Part shown: piece after piece, positions 23,566 through 32,303 of the stretch
How the letters are laid out: every line of letters begins with the position of its first letter
Numbering within the stretch: position 1 is the stretch's first letter
IMG/VR virus record: IMGVR_UViG_3300028832_000004
Coordinates: 63,988 to 127,987 of that record
Source of the DNA: a virus
Lineage: Duplodnaviria > Caudoviricetes
Strand: one strand, 5' to 3'
Length of the DNA: 64,000 bases
The notes under the pieces: model-generated
What the model was told of the DNA's origin: nothing
Seen by the model: only the letters and a program-made list of their open reading frames with translations
Databases searched by the model: none
Made by a program: the position numbers and the translations under genes

Positions 23566-24534
23566 TTAGGAAGGGACTCGGCTAACGGAAATAAGGGCCG
23601 CACCGGCCGGATGCTTCTCATCTATGGCAGCCTGTAACGTACGGACCAAGGCAACCCCTCGCATGGCGGTCGCAAACACACCGGAGATCGGCTGAGGATA
23701 GCCGACCGGCCAGTAGGAAACGAGATAGGCGATTTCGTCAGGGAAAAGTTTGTCTTCCGGCTTGCATTCAATCGGAACTTCGATGTGGTTGATTACCATC
23801 TTCGGCTTTTCTTTTAACTGGCATTCTCCAGCATCCGCCAGGCGACAGCCCAATACACCGCGCCTGCGAAGATATTCAATCTTCTTACGGGCATGCGCAA
23901 CATCCCAATTACAGTCCGCAAGGACAGTTCTACAAGTGGTGGCATCAGCGCCGGTCTCAGCGGACAACGCCTGAGCCATTTCATAGCGGGCACGCACGTC
24001 TGCCGTAACGGGAGCGCCGACGTCGGCCGAAATATTAATATCCAAGCGTTTGGGCGGTTCTATCTGTTCCGTCGGGGAAACTTGCGGTGTCCAAGTCACG
24101 GTATTCTTTGCGGTCTCGCTTGCAGTCAAGCGCGTCAGCGAAATGCCAAGATGCTGGGTATCGAATGCGGTCTGCAAATCTTTTGCCCAAGTCTCGACCA
24201 TCCATTCGAGGGTCGGGTTGGCTTCAACGATGTGAAGGCGGGCGGTTTCATAGTCCGACATCAAGGCGGGGGCGAGCGGATCCGCCGCATTGAAGCAGGC
24301 GCCATGATCCCACACGTCATCAAGGACGCGCTTGACAATTTCCTTCAACTTCTTGAAGTCAACAATCATACCATCCTTGTTAAGGCTTCCATGTTTGGAA
24401 GCCACCGTAATTTCGACCTCGTAGCGATGGCCGTGCAAATGGCGGCAGCGTTGAGCATATGATGTCAAAAGACGATGCGCTATCTCCAGCTCGGTGTAAG
24501 TAGTCAACTCAAGCATTCTTATTCCTTTGGGCAT
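23566..24534 (-). CDS. queD: 6-carboxy-5,6,7,8-tetrahydropterin synthase QueD with C-terminal extension containing an EF-Ts-like UBA domain
   Basis: AHRL..CRHLHGHRY..GMIVDF..DH..NPTLE..SET motifs in aa 1-150. Confidence 0.9.
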   Translation of the reverse strand: MPKGIRMLELTTYTELEIAHRLLTSYAQRCRHLHGHRYEVEITVASKHGSLNKDGMIVDFKKLKEIVKRVLDDVWDHGACFNAADPLAPALMSDYETARLHIVEANPTLEWMVETWAKDLQTAFDTQHLGISLTRLTASETAKNTVTWTPQVSPTEQIEPPKRLDINISADVGAPVTADVRARYEMAQALSAETGADATTCRTVLADCNWDVAHARKKIEYLRRRGVLGCRLADAGECQLKEKPKMVINHIEVPIECKPEDKLFPDEIAYLVSYWPVGYPQPISGVFATAMRGVALVRTLQAAIDEKHPAGAALISVSRVPS

Positions 24535-24564
24535 GGCGCCCGATTATTGCATTCTTTTTCAAAA

Positions 24565-24975
24565 TTATACGTCCGGGCATTTTCCGGCGTTCTCGGTCCC
24601 CGGGGACCCTTTGCCTTCTGCCTCGGCGATTAATGCGGCAATGGCGACGCCGGTATTTTCGGAAACGGAAGGCGGCGCTGTTATATCTGCTTCCCTTAGC
24701 TTGCAGGCGCGATTCAAGGTATCCACTACATAATCATGGAGTTCATGCAATGCCTCCGGGGTATTTGCCTGAGCCACGGTAAAGGATACCAACGCGGATA
24801 CCAAATCGGTAATACGCGCATTGACAATTGCCGGGGCGAAATATTCGTCCTTGCCCTTGACAAAAAGAAACCCGCCGTGGTGAAGGGCGGTCATGGTTGC
24901 CTTTTGTAAAGTCTTCTTGGAAGTTTCAAGCGTGTTCGCCTGCTTAATCTTATGTTTACGTTCTTTTTTCTTCAT
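24565..24975 (-). CDS. hypothetical protein
   Basis: CGTATAAT -10 immediately upstream. Confidence 0.65.
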   Translation of the reverse strand: MKKKERKHKIKQANTLETSKKTLQKATMTALHHGGFLFVKGKDEYFAPAIVNARITDLVSALVSFTVAQANTPEALHELHDYVVDTLNRACKLREADITAPPSVSENTGVAIAALIAEAEGKGSPGTENAGKCPDV

Positions 24976-25074
24976 GTCTTAATTATACGAAAAGCGCCTC
25001 TCCCCGGTGAAAACAAAAATCGGTCCAGCCGGACCATGCCGGTTGCTACTTAAAACGGGGAGAGGCGCAGGTTC

Positions 25075-25305
25075 TCAGTCGTCCAACTTCTTTGAGAGCC
25101 GGACAACCCAAACGGTGTTATGTATCGCCGAGCCTATACACAGCGGCATCACTATCATGAATGACAATGTCTGCGACACGGTCGGCGCCATAATCTTGTC
25201 CAAATAGCATACAGCAAAAAACCCGGTGAGGAACCAAAACCAAGCAGCCTTCGCCACCCGATAAAAATAGTCCCTTCGGATTTGTTCTTTGCCCGGGCAG
25301 CCCAT
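25075..25305 (-). CDS. small membrane protein
   Basis: Two hydrophobic segments; TAATG overlap. Confidence 0.6.
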   Translation of the reverse strand: MGCPGKEQIRRDYFYRVAKAAWFWFLTGFFAVCYLDKIMAPTVSQTLSFMIVMPLCIGSAIHNTVWVVRLSKKLDD

Positions 25306-25967
25306 TAGTCCGCCTCGCGTTCAATATCTATCGGCGGATCCTCGGGACATTCAACACCTGCCGTGCGGCAAATCTCGCCCCAACTGAATCCGGTTTCATC
25401 CCGGACAATCGAGCGGAATGTTTCGCGGCCGCTTCTTATGTCAAGGGAATGATTCGTGCGCTCCTTGCCATCAAGAAAGTCCAAGGCGCCCTGACCCATC
25501 TTGTCAAGCCTTTCACGGATCTTTTCGGCGGCCGCTTCCATCTCCAGCTTGCGCCGTTTCTCAATATATTCGGTCACATATTTCTTCGGGTCATCCTTCG
25601 CAATGTCAAACTTCGAATCAATCATCGGCAACTCCTTATACTCGATCGTTACCGAATCCCTTGTCCGGATTCCGAAGGACACTTGAGCAACGCCACGCCC
25701 GTAAAGGTCAAGCGCACCCTTTCTGAACCTGACGCGGTCCACCGTAATGAGGAAAAAATCCTTACAATGGTCGATACCCATAAGCGTCTTGCCAATATAA
25801 CCCTCGACCTTTTCAACAATGGCCGGATTGATCAGCGCAAGAATTTCTCGCATTGCTTCCGAAACCACTTGCGTCTGCTTGCCCCAAATCTCATGGGACT
25901 GGCGGCGCAAATCAACAACCGTTTCAAGGTTCTTACGGATCTTTTCAACACTTTCTTTCTTGTCCAT
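25305..25967 (-). CDS. hypothetical protein
   Basis: GAGGA RBS; 220 aa. Confidence 0.75.
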   Translation of the reverse strand: MDKKESVEKIRKNLETVVDLRRQSHEIWGKQTQVVSEAMREILALINPAIVEKVEGYIGKTLMGIDHCKDFFLITVDRVRFRKGALDLYGRGVAQVSFGIRTRDSVTIEYKELPMIDSKFDIAKDDPKKYVTEYIEKRRKLEMEAAAEKIRERLDKMGQGALDFLDGKERTNHSLDIRSGRETFRSIVRDETGFSWGEICRTAGVECPEDPPIDIEREAD

Positions 25968-26093
25968 AAATTATTTCCTCTTAAATTTTTCAGTGAATAC
26001 GAAAAAACATATATATATATCACGGGGGCAGCCCGTTTCCTTGTGTCTTTTTCACTATATACGACAACCGCATTCCGCGTCGCATATTCATGA

Positions 26094-26360
26094 TTACGGG
26101 GCGTGTTGAATTAGCGGGTAAAGCGTATCATCCCCGGGCGGAATTGCGCCTAGCGCATTATACTCAAAGTACTCCTCCGCAACCTCGCGCGTCATCCCAT
26201 CACGCGTCATAAGTATACCAATGCACTTCTCATAATCGTAGACTACCCGAAATGCCTTGCCTACATCCTTATATCCGGATATGGCGGCGTCATATCCGTC
26301 CAATACTAGCGGATGGCAATTACGGCGATCCGCCAATTCATCAATTTCTTCACGGGTCAT
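26094..26360 (-). CDS. conserved phage hypothetical protein
   Basis: LDGYDAAISG..VVYDYEKCIGIL..AEEYFEYN pattern seen in phage proteins. Confidence 0.75.
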   Translation of the reverse strand: MTREEIDELADRRNCHPLVLDGYDAAISGYKDVGKAFRVVYDYEKCIGILMTRDGMTREVAEEYFEYNALGAIPPGDDTLYPLIQHAP

Positions 26361-26578
26361 TTCGTATGCCCCCTTATTTCCTTGAGAAGTTTCGCCCTCA
26401 TCGCACGCCATCTATCCGCCGCGTGCAGCAACCGGGCACATCGCCCTACATCGCATGAGGTGCCTGCCAACGATTCCAAGCGGTAAATGATTCCGTGGAT
26501 CGCCAAGCTACGAAGGGCCAAATTCTGTTTCTTTAAATCCATGTTTTCTTTGCGCAGGGCCGCGTTGACGGATTCCAT
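26357..26578 (-). CDS. hypothetical protein
   Basis: Short coiled-coil ORF; start uncertain. Confidence 0.45.
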   Translation of the reverse strand: MESVNAALRKENMDLKKQNLALRSLAIHGIIYRLESLAGTSCDVGRCARLLHAADRWRAMRAKLLKEIRGHTK

Positions 26579-26658
26579 CGCAATATGCTCGGAAGCGGAA
26601 TGCGCGTCGACCGGATAATGCCTATGTGTCCTAGGTGGCAAACGTCGCGGCATATCGA

Positions 26659-26895
26659 TTACCTCTCGCCCGGATCGATGCTATAGGCGCGTTGTTGCCC
26701 GTGTGCATCGACCACCACGCATTTGTAAGGCGCATCGTCCGGTTCAGATGCCGGAACATCATTTCCCGATCCGTGCTTGGATTCCAGCCCGGGCGGAATT
26801 GGCTTCCCCGCCGCCATCAGGCGCTTTCTTAAATGCGACTTCTGTTGCGGGGTCATCTTCGCGAAGTCCTGCTTTATTGCGTCTTCCAATTTCAT
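26659..26895 (-). CDS. hypothetical protein
   Basis: GAGGG RBS; CGTATAAT upstream. Confidence 0.6.
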   Translation of the reverse strand: MKLEDAIKQDFAKMTPQQKSHLRKRLMAAGKPIPPGLESKHGSGNDVPASEPDDAPYKCVVVDAHGQQRAYSIDPGER

Positions 26896-26995
26896 CTACT
26901 TGCCCTCATGTGTTTCTTTCATTATACGGGATGCGTGGACAAGTCCGTATGTCGTATATGTTCGGAGACTATTTCATCCTACAGGATTTTTAGAA

Positions 26996-28168
26996 ATGAA
27001 ACTTGAAGTATTCCCATATCGCTTTCGCGGCAAGGCGAAGGCGGCGGCACTTTATAGGCGCGGAGGCGGCTGTATAGAGGTCCACCACGCCAAGGACCTA
27101 TTCGACCTCTACAACGCAGGCGTTTCCTTCCGCCCCATGCCCGGTACCATATTCGAGGCGGTAGTCTTCGACCTTGATGACGTTACGCCGGAATATGCAA
27201 CTAAATTGGACAATCTATCAAGGCCCGATATCTTTGTCGCAAAAAGCCCATCCGCAATACTCGGCGTCGACGGCAAAATTTATCGAAGGAAAGTATTCTA
27301 CCAACTTCCTGAGCCAGCCAAGTTCGGGTCATATGGCGAGGCATATATGGCGGCCTTCGCAAGATTCATATTGGTCGCCGGGCTACCTCTGCTGCCGTGC
27401 GACCAATGCATGCAATCGCCTAGACAGATGACTTTCGGGAGGCCCTTCCCCGAAATGGGCTCGTCCATAGAAAAGGTCAAAATCGATGGACTATCGGATA
27501 TACGCGCCCCGCTGCCGCTATCCCGATATATGGCGAAGGCGATATTCGGGATAGACGATGACATTCCATTGCCGCCGATCGAGTTCTATGCAAGGGGTCC
27601 GGTCCCCGAAGGCGAGCGGCACTCCTACATTTGGCAGCGCATCGTCCCGGCCGCATTCTCATGGTTCCGCTATTTCGAGAAAACTTCCGAAACGCGATGG
27701 GGACTGAATCAGGCAGGATACCGGTTCAAGGACTGCGAGGCGGCTATACGGACTGCGATGCTCCGTATCGGGGTCAGCATTGACGAGACGGAGGCGGTTA
27801 TCCGGGGGGCGCTATACGAGGCATACACAAAATTCAAGACGCCTGCCCTTACATGCTATCGTCCGCGTGTCACGGTGACCAAGAAGGAGGTGTCAAGGTG
27901 GGAGAGGAAAACGCCCGCCGCAAGGAAACGGGCATATGAACGGAAGAAGGAAAAGCGCCGCAGTCTTTACGTTACCCGCCCCAGTAGGCCGAGAAAGCCT
28001 CCTATAAGTCCGGGCAGGCCACGCAAGGTTGGGGTGGACAATTTGGGCGCGTTGGAGGCGCTGTGGACCGAGGGAAAAATCTCGAAGCCTTACTACTATC
28101 GGCTGAGAAAGCAGCTGGGCGGGGCGCCTCGGAAAAGGGGTCGCCCGCCGAGGACAGAGAGAAAGTGA
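26996..28168 (+). CDS. AEP primase/polymerase-like protein with PriCT-like region and C-terminal AT-hooks
   Basis: VVFDLDD (DxD), KSPS, PEGERH, PGRPRK and KRGRPP. Confidence 0.55.
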   Translation: MKLEVFPYRFRGKAKAAALYRRGGGCIEVHHAKDLFDLYNAGVSFRPMPGTIFEAVVFDLDDVTPEYATKLDNLSRPDIFVAKSPSAILGVDGKIYRRKVFYQLPEPAKFGSYGEAYMAAFARFILVAGLPLLPCDQCMQSPRQMTFGRPFPEMGSSIEKVKIDGLSDIRAPLPLSRYMAKAIFGIDDDIPLPPIEFYARGPVPEGERHSYIWQRIVPAAFSWFRYFEKTSETRWGLNQAGYRFKDCEAAIRTAMLRIGVSIDETEAVIRGALYEAYTKFKTPALTCYRPRVTVTKKEVSRWERKTPAARKRAYERKKEKRRSLYVTRPSRPRKPPISPGRPRKVGVDNLGALEALWTEGKISKPYYYRLRKQLGGAPRKRGRPPRTERK

Positions 28169-28197
28169 GTAGTATACCCAACAAAAAGTCTCTGAAA

Positions 28198-28486
28198 TGG
28201 ACAAGTAGAGGTTGTCCATCATGTCCGTCGGGACGTTTCGGCGATTTTGATATCAATTTCCGCATTTTTCTTGGACGAACATTCTGAAGATGGACAACTT
28301 GTCCCTTAAACCCTTAATCCTTACCCCATTAACACTTTTGGGACGACTTGTCCATATCGGAGACGAATGAGCAAACGGACCGGTCCTTTTTGTTACGTTG
28401 TAGTCGAATGGACTCGTACTTTGTGATGAAGATGTCCGGTGGCATGCGGACAGGTCCGAGTTGTGATTGGGTTGTCCGATGGGACA
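28198..28486. repeat. GGAC/GTCC iteron-like cluster, putative origin or pac region
   Basis: 17 GGAC/GTCC tetramers in about 290 bp of non-coding DNA, many as inverted pairs. Confidence 0.7.
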
Positions 28487-28507
28487 GCTTGAACGTATAT
28501 TATCTGC

Positions 28508-28894
28508 ATGTCCAATTCTACAGAAATGACATTGCATACGCAGGACGACCTGGATGACATCAAGCGCCGCGTCAATACGACGATGGTGGACATGGTGGAC
28601 CGTTCCGTCAAGGCAATGGACAAGTTATCGAGACGGCTGGATCAGGTGGACGATGCGATGGACAAACTGGTGGACGTCTCGAAGATGAGCATGAATGAGC
28701 TGGTGGCATATCAGGCGTTCATGCGTGAATCGTTCAAGATGCGTGCGGACTTTTTACGCACATTGAGCGGGTATGACATTAACGTATCGAAGGTCCCGAT
28801 AAAGGCGGACGATCACTCGCTTATGGATGAGGAGGCGGCGTGCGCATTGAGGGACGAGGTAATGCGCCGCGATGGCACAGGAACGGGCATATAG
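28508..28894 (+). CDS. helical hypothetical protein (candidate terminase small subunit)
   Basis: 128 aa coiled-coil; CGTATATT upstream; adjacent to the repeat cluster. Confidence 0.6.
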   Translation: MSNSTEMTLHTQDDLDDIKRRVNTTMVDMVDRSVKAMDKLSRRLDQVDDAMDKLVDVSKMSMNELVAYQAFMRESFKMRADFLRTLSGYDINVSKVPIKADDHSLMDEEAACALRDEVMRRDGTGTGI

Positions 28895-29579
28895 GGCGAA
28901 GGTCAATGCGGAATTTCAGCGGGCACATTTGGTAGCCCGCTGTGTTCATATGCGCCGTCCTCCGGACGAGCCGGTCGGGTTTGCTACCGACGATCCTGAA
29001 ATGAAGGCGGTGATAGCGATGCGTGAGCGTCTAGCGGCGATAGGGCGATCGAAGGGGATGCTAACGCAGGGGTGGATGCGCTCCGCGTTATTTTTGCGAA
29101 TGGTCTATCTCCTGAAGGGGTCCGAGGGCTTTGACGTTCTGCATGATGCGATATGGGCATACACGGCGGCATTGGTTGACAACCTCGAGAAGGTTTGCGG
29201 CGACATGAACATCTTGGCGGACGTTCCTGCGCATCAGCGCTATGGTGCATGGCGCGAGATAATGCTCACGCTGAAGCGGGGGCTGGCGGAACAGGTCAAG
29301 CTTTTGAATGAGGTCAAGTCGCGGAAGATAGAATTTGAGTCGGGGGCGGATGCGCTTGAATATGGCCGCAGGTTGCTGCGGACCGTTCATTTTCCGAGGT
29401 ATGATGGCGAGGACTTTATTGCGCTTGCAGATGCCATTGCGAAATTCGGTCCGGGCGGGTTGCCGGACATTAATGACGGCGAATGGACTCAGGCTGTTGC
29501 ATTATCCAAGGCGATTTTGAAATTTGAGGAAGGCAGGCAGGCGGAGGCGCCGATTGCTGCGCCGGAAACGGCGCAATAA
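28872..29579 (+). CDS. hypothetical protein
   Basis: 235-aa ORF overlapping the previous gene. Confidence 0.7.
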   Translation: MAQERAYRAKVNAEFQRAHLVARCVHMRRPPDEPVGFATDDPEMKAVIAMRERLAAIGRSKGMLTQGWMRSALFLRMVYLLKGSEGFDVLHDAIWAYTAALVDNLEKVCGDMNILADVPAHQRYGAWREIMLTLKRGLAEQVKLLNEVKSRKIEFESGADALEYGRRLLRTVHFPRYDGEDFIALADAIAKFGPGGLPDINDGEWTQAVALSKAILKFEEGRQAEAPIAAPETAQ

Positions 29580-29777
29580 GGCTGTTAAATCAAAAAACAA
29601 TGTAAATGTATAGGCAAGAAATTTTGCGCCTTAAAAGCGCAGGAAACGCGGGGTTTGAAAATGCAAGGAAATAGCGGCGAGGGCTGGAGTTTCAGTAGGC
29701 GAAAGTCAGTAGTCTAAAAAAAATGAAGGAAATGTGCTCTCCCCCTAAAGGGGGAGAGGCGGCAACAGGAGGCATAC

Positions 29778-31544
29778 GTGATACGCATAATCGACCATCT
29801 CAAAGAAAAGGAAGCGGTCCTCCAGCTGAATCTGCAGAAGGTGCAGGCGGCATTACGGCGAGGGGAGGCGGTAACGATATATCATCCGGTCGGGCACATA
29901 CATGGCAGGCTTGCGAACATACCGGGGGTTGAATATGTGGAGGGTCGCTGGCTCGGGTCCGGCACATCCGGAAATGACATGGCATTGCTAGGGCGGCTGG
30001 TCGCCCCGAATGGCTATCGCATGCCGTATTATGGGGAGCCGCGAGGCGAGCTCTACATTCATTGGTTTTATCGGGAACGCTCCGAGGATAGGCTAGGCAG
30101 GTGCGAAATGTTCCACCTGAATATGCTCCGCTACTTCAATGTAATGGACAGGGTTGATGTTATACATATCCGCTGCGCATGGAATGGCAGGATGACGCAT
30201 GCGATGGAATCGGCCATAGCGATTTTGGAATGCGGGCATGCGACGGTTGACTTCCGGATAGTGAAGCAGGCGGACAGCTGGGAACATGATACCATCAAGG
30301 AAGCGGCTGAATACGCGGTGGCGACTGGGAAATTTGTATACTACACGCATTTCAAGGGTGTTACGCGAGTGGCTGACCCGTTATTTGGAGGCAGCACCCG
30401 CCGGGGATATGAGGTGCTGGACATATTCTATTGGGTGTGGCTATTGTATCGCGGCCTATTTATGGCGCCGGAGAGTGCGACGGCGATAGGCCCGATGCTC
30501 CGCGATGGAATCAATAAAACCTATAAGGATGGCAGGTGCGACATTTCATGGAGCGCATTAGGAATCAGCCGCCATCATTATGCGGGAAGTTTTCAAGGCT
30601 TTGATGGAAAGGCGCTGCGGCATAGGCTGGACCTGCTGGGACTGTCGTCCGAATCGGCACGCCTCCGGAAATTATGGATTAAGGACCGTTATACTGTCGA
30701 AATGTTTTTATCGCTGGTATTCCCGAAATCCGAGGTATTCTCCGCCTGCATATTAGGTTCCTTGAAGGACTATAATCTGTATGCGGGGGGTCGCCTGCCT
30801 TATCATAAGGAGATGTTCCGGCGCATGTACACGTCCGAGCCATCCGGGCATACCCCGGACCGGATTGAATGCGATAAGGCTGTCATCACATGCCTATATG
30901 GGGAGCACAGCATTTTGAGGGAGCCGCTTGTTGTGGACAGCGGGGTATCCTACATTTGCGTAACGGACAATAAGGCGCTGAAGCCTTCGGACGGCAGCGT
31001 ATGGAAAATCGTATACGACCCTTGGCCGGAATTTGGCGGGCGCTTCCGGCACATGAATGCCAAGTTCCGCCCCTTCCGTTATACCACCGCACGGCGCGTT
31101 GTTTACATGGACTCGTCCATTCAAATAACGGGAAGTCTTCTTCCGCTGTTTGAGCTGGAAAATAAGGGGGTGCTGTTGAAGCGGCATCCGATTGCAAGGA
31201 CGATCGGGGAGGAATTGCCTCGTTGGCCCAGGCTGCGCAAGATGCCGGTGCCGGATATGCGGAGATTCATGCTACAGCTACCGTTGGTAGGCGCAACATT
31301 GGATTCGCCCATTTATGAGGGGGACATTGCGGTATGGGCTAATACCGGGCGTGCCGCCCAGTTTGGCGAGGAGGTGCTTGCGCTTGTCGAGGGGTCCGGG
31401 GAAGGATACCCATTCATGTCAAATCAGCTATGCATGTCGGCATTGGCGGCGGGCATGTTTGCGGACATTGTCGGCGTATTGCCGAAAGGGCTGCCCATAC
31501 AGAAATATCGACATAATACGTGGGAAAAGAATACGGGGGCGTGA
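29778..31544 (+). CDS. two-domain glycosyltransferase-like protein (C-terminal DUF616/TOD1-like)
   Basis: YYTHFKGV in the N-half; VITCLYG..YICVTDN..K..P..YMDSSI..HP in the C-half; AGGAGG RBS. Confidence 0.7.
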   Translation: MIRIIDHLKEKEAVLQLNLQKVQAALRRGEAVTIYHPVGHIHGRLANIPGVEYVEGRWLGSGTSGNDMALLGRLVAPNGYRMPYYGEPRGELYIHWFYRERSEDRLGRCEMFHLNMLRYFNVMDRVDVIHIRCAWNGRMTHAMESAIAILECGHATVDFRIVKQADSWEHDTIKEAAEYAVATGKFVYYTHFKGVTRVADPLFGGSTRRGYEVLDIFYWVWLLYRGLFMAPESATAIGPMLRDGINKTYKDGRCDISWSALGISRHHYAGSFQGFDGKALRHRLDLLGLSSESARLRKLWIKDRYTVEMFLSLVFPKSEVFSACILGSLKDYNLYAGGRLPYHKEMFRRMYTSEPSGHTPDRIECDKAVITCLYGEHSILREPLVVDSGVSYICVTDNKALKPSDGSVWKIVYDPWPEFGGRFRHMNAKFRPFRYTTARRVVYMDSSIQITGSLLPLFELENKGVLLKRHPIARTIGEELPRWPRLRKMPVPDMRRFMLQLPLVGATLDSPIYEGDIAVWANTGRAAQFGEEVLALVEGSGEGYPFMSNQLCMSALAAGMFADIVGVLPKGLPIQKYRHNTWEKNTGA

Positions 31545-31551
31545 GCAGGGT

Positions 31552-32214
31552 ATGGGAAGCCAAATACATGTGGTCGCCAGCTTCACATCATATCCGCCGC
31601 GTATCGGGAATTGTGCGGCTGTAATTGATTCACTCGCCGCGTCGCGTATTCCGATATCAATTGAATTGAATTTGTCCCTGGCGGAATTTCCGGGCGCCGA
31701 GGCGGATTTGCCGGGCGCATTGCAGGATCGCATTTGCAGGGGGATTGTAACGGTGAATTGGGTTCCGGACAACCCCGGGGTATTCAAGAAAATCATACCC
31801 GTTCTTAAAAAGCGCCAGGGCGAGGATTATATACTACTCTCCGTGGATGACGACCGGCTATATGGTCCGTTATATGCGGAATATATGGTTTCGCGGCTGG
31901 CGGATTATGATGCGTATTGTTGCGATCGCGGTATTGTGGGGAATCGCGCCGTGTATCGCGCAAAAATTTTTCGTCCGGCATTTTGGGAAAATTTATCGGC
32001 GGGAATGATTGAAACCGGAATCGACGATACCTATATACGAGCTTATTTGCAGCATTGCGGGGCACGTTGCCATTTCTTTGATGACCCGGCGGTACGCGGC
32101 CAAATAACGGTATATAATGCGGTATATGGACATGTTTATCCTAAGGAGTTGCAGCGACGGGCGCAACTCCTTGCGGATCGGTGTTTAAACGCGCATTACG
32201 GCGCGTTTAAATGA
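31552..32214 (+). CDS. GT-A fold glycosyltransferase
   Basis: VASFTSYPPRI, KKIIP, SVDDD (DxD), DD motif. Confidence 0.8.
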   Translation: MGSQIHVVASFTSYPPRIGNCAAVIDSLAASRIPISIELNLSLAEFPGAEADLPGALQDRICRGIVTVNWVPDNPGVFKKIIPVLKKRQGEDYILLSVDDDRLYGPLYAEYMVSRLADYDAYCCDRGIVGNRAVYRAKIFRPAFWENLSAGMIETGIDDTYIRAYLQHCGARCHFFDDPAVRGQITVYNAVYGHVYPKELQRRAQLLADRCLNAHYGAFK

Positions 32215-32225
32215 ATTAAACAATG

Positions 32226-32249
32226 AAGGCGGGTATTTGCCCGCCTTTT
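32226..32249. terminator. bidirectional terminator
   Basis: AAGGCGGGT-ATTT-GCCCGCCTTTT. Confidence 0.8.
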
Positions 32250-32303
32250 GAATTTTATCGCCGTAGAAGCGCCGTATTAGCGCCCCATCACCGTGGTCCT
32301 GCC

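Noticed and set aside
26043-26054. Eighth GTGTCTTTTTCA copy
   Set aside because: No TATATT at the 11-nt spacing and it points into antisense; at most a half site
28198-28486. CRISPR array
   Set aside because: Repeats are 4-6 bp, irregularly spaced and in both orientations; no cas genes
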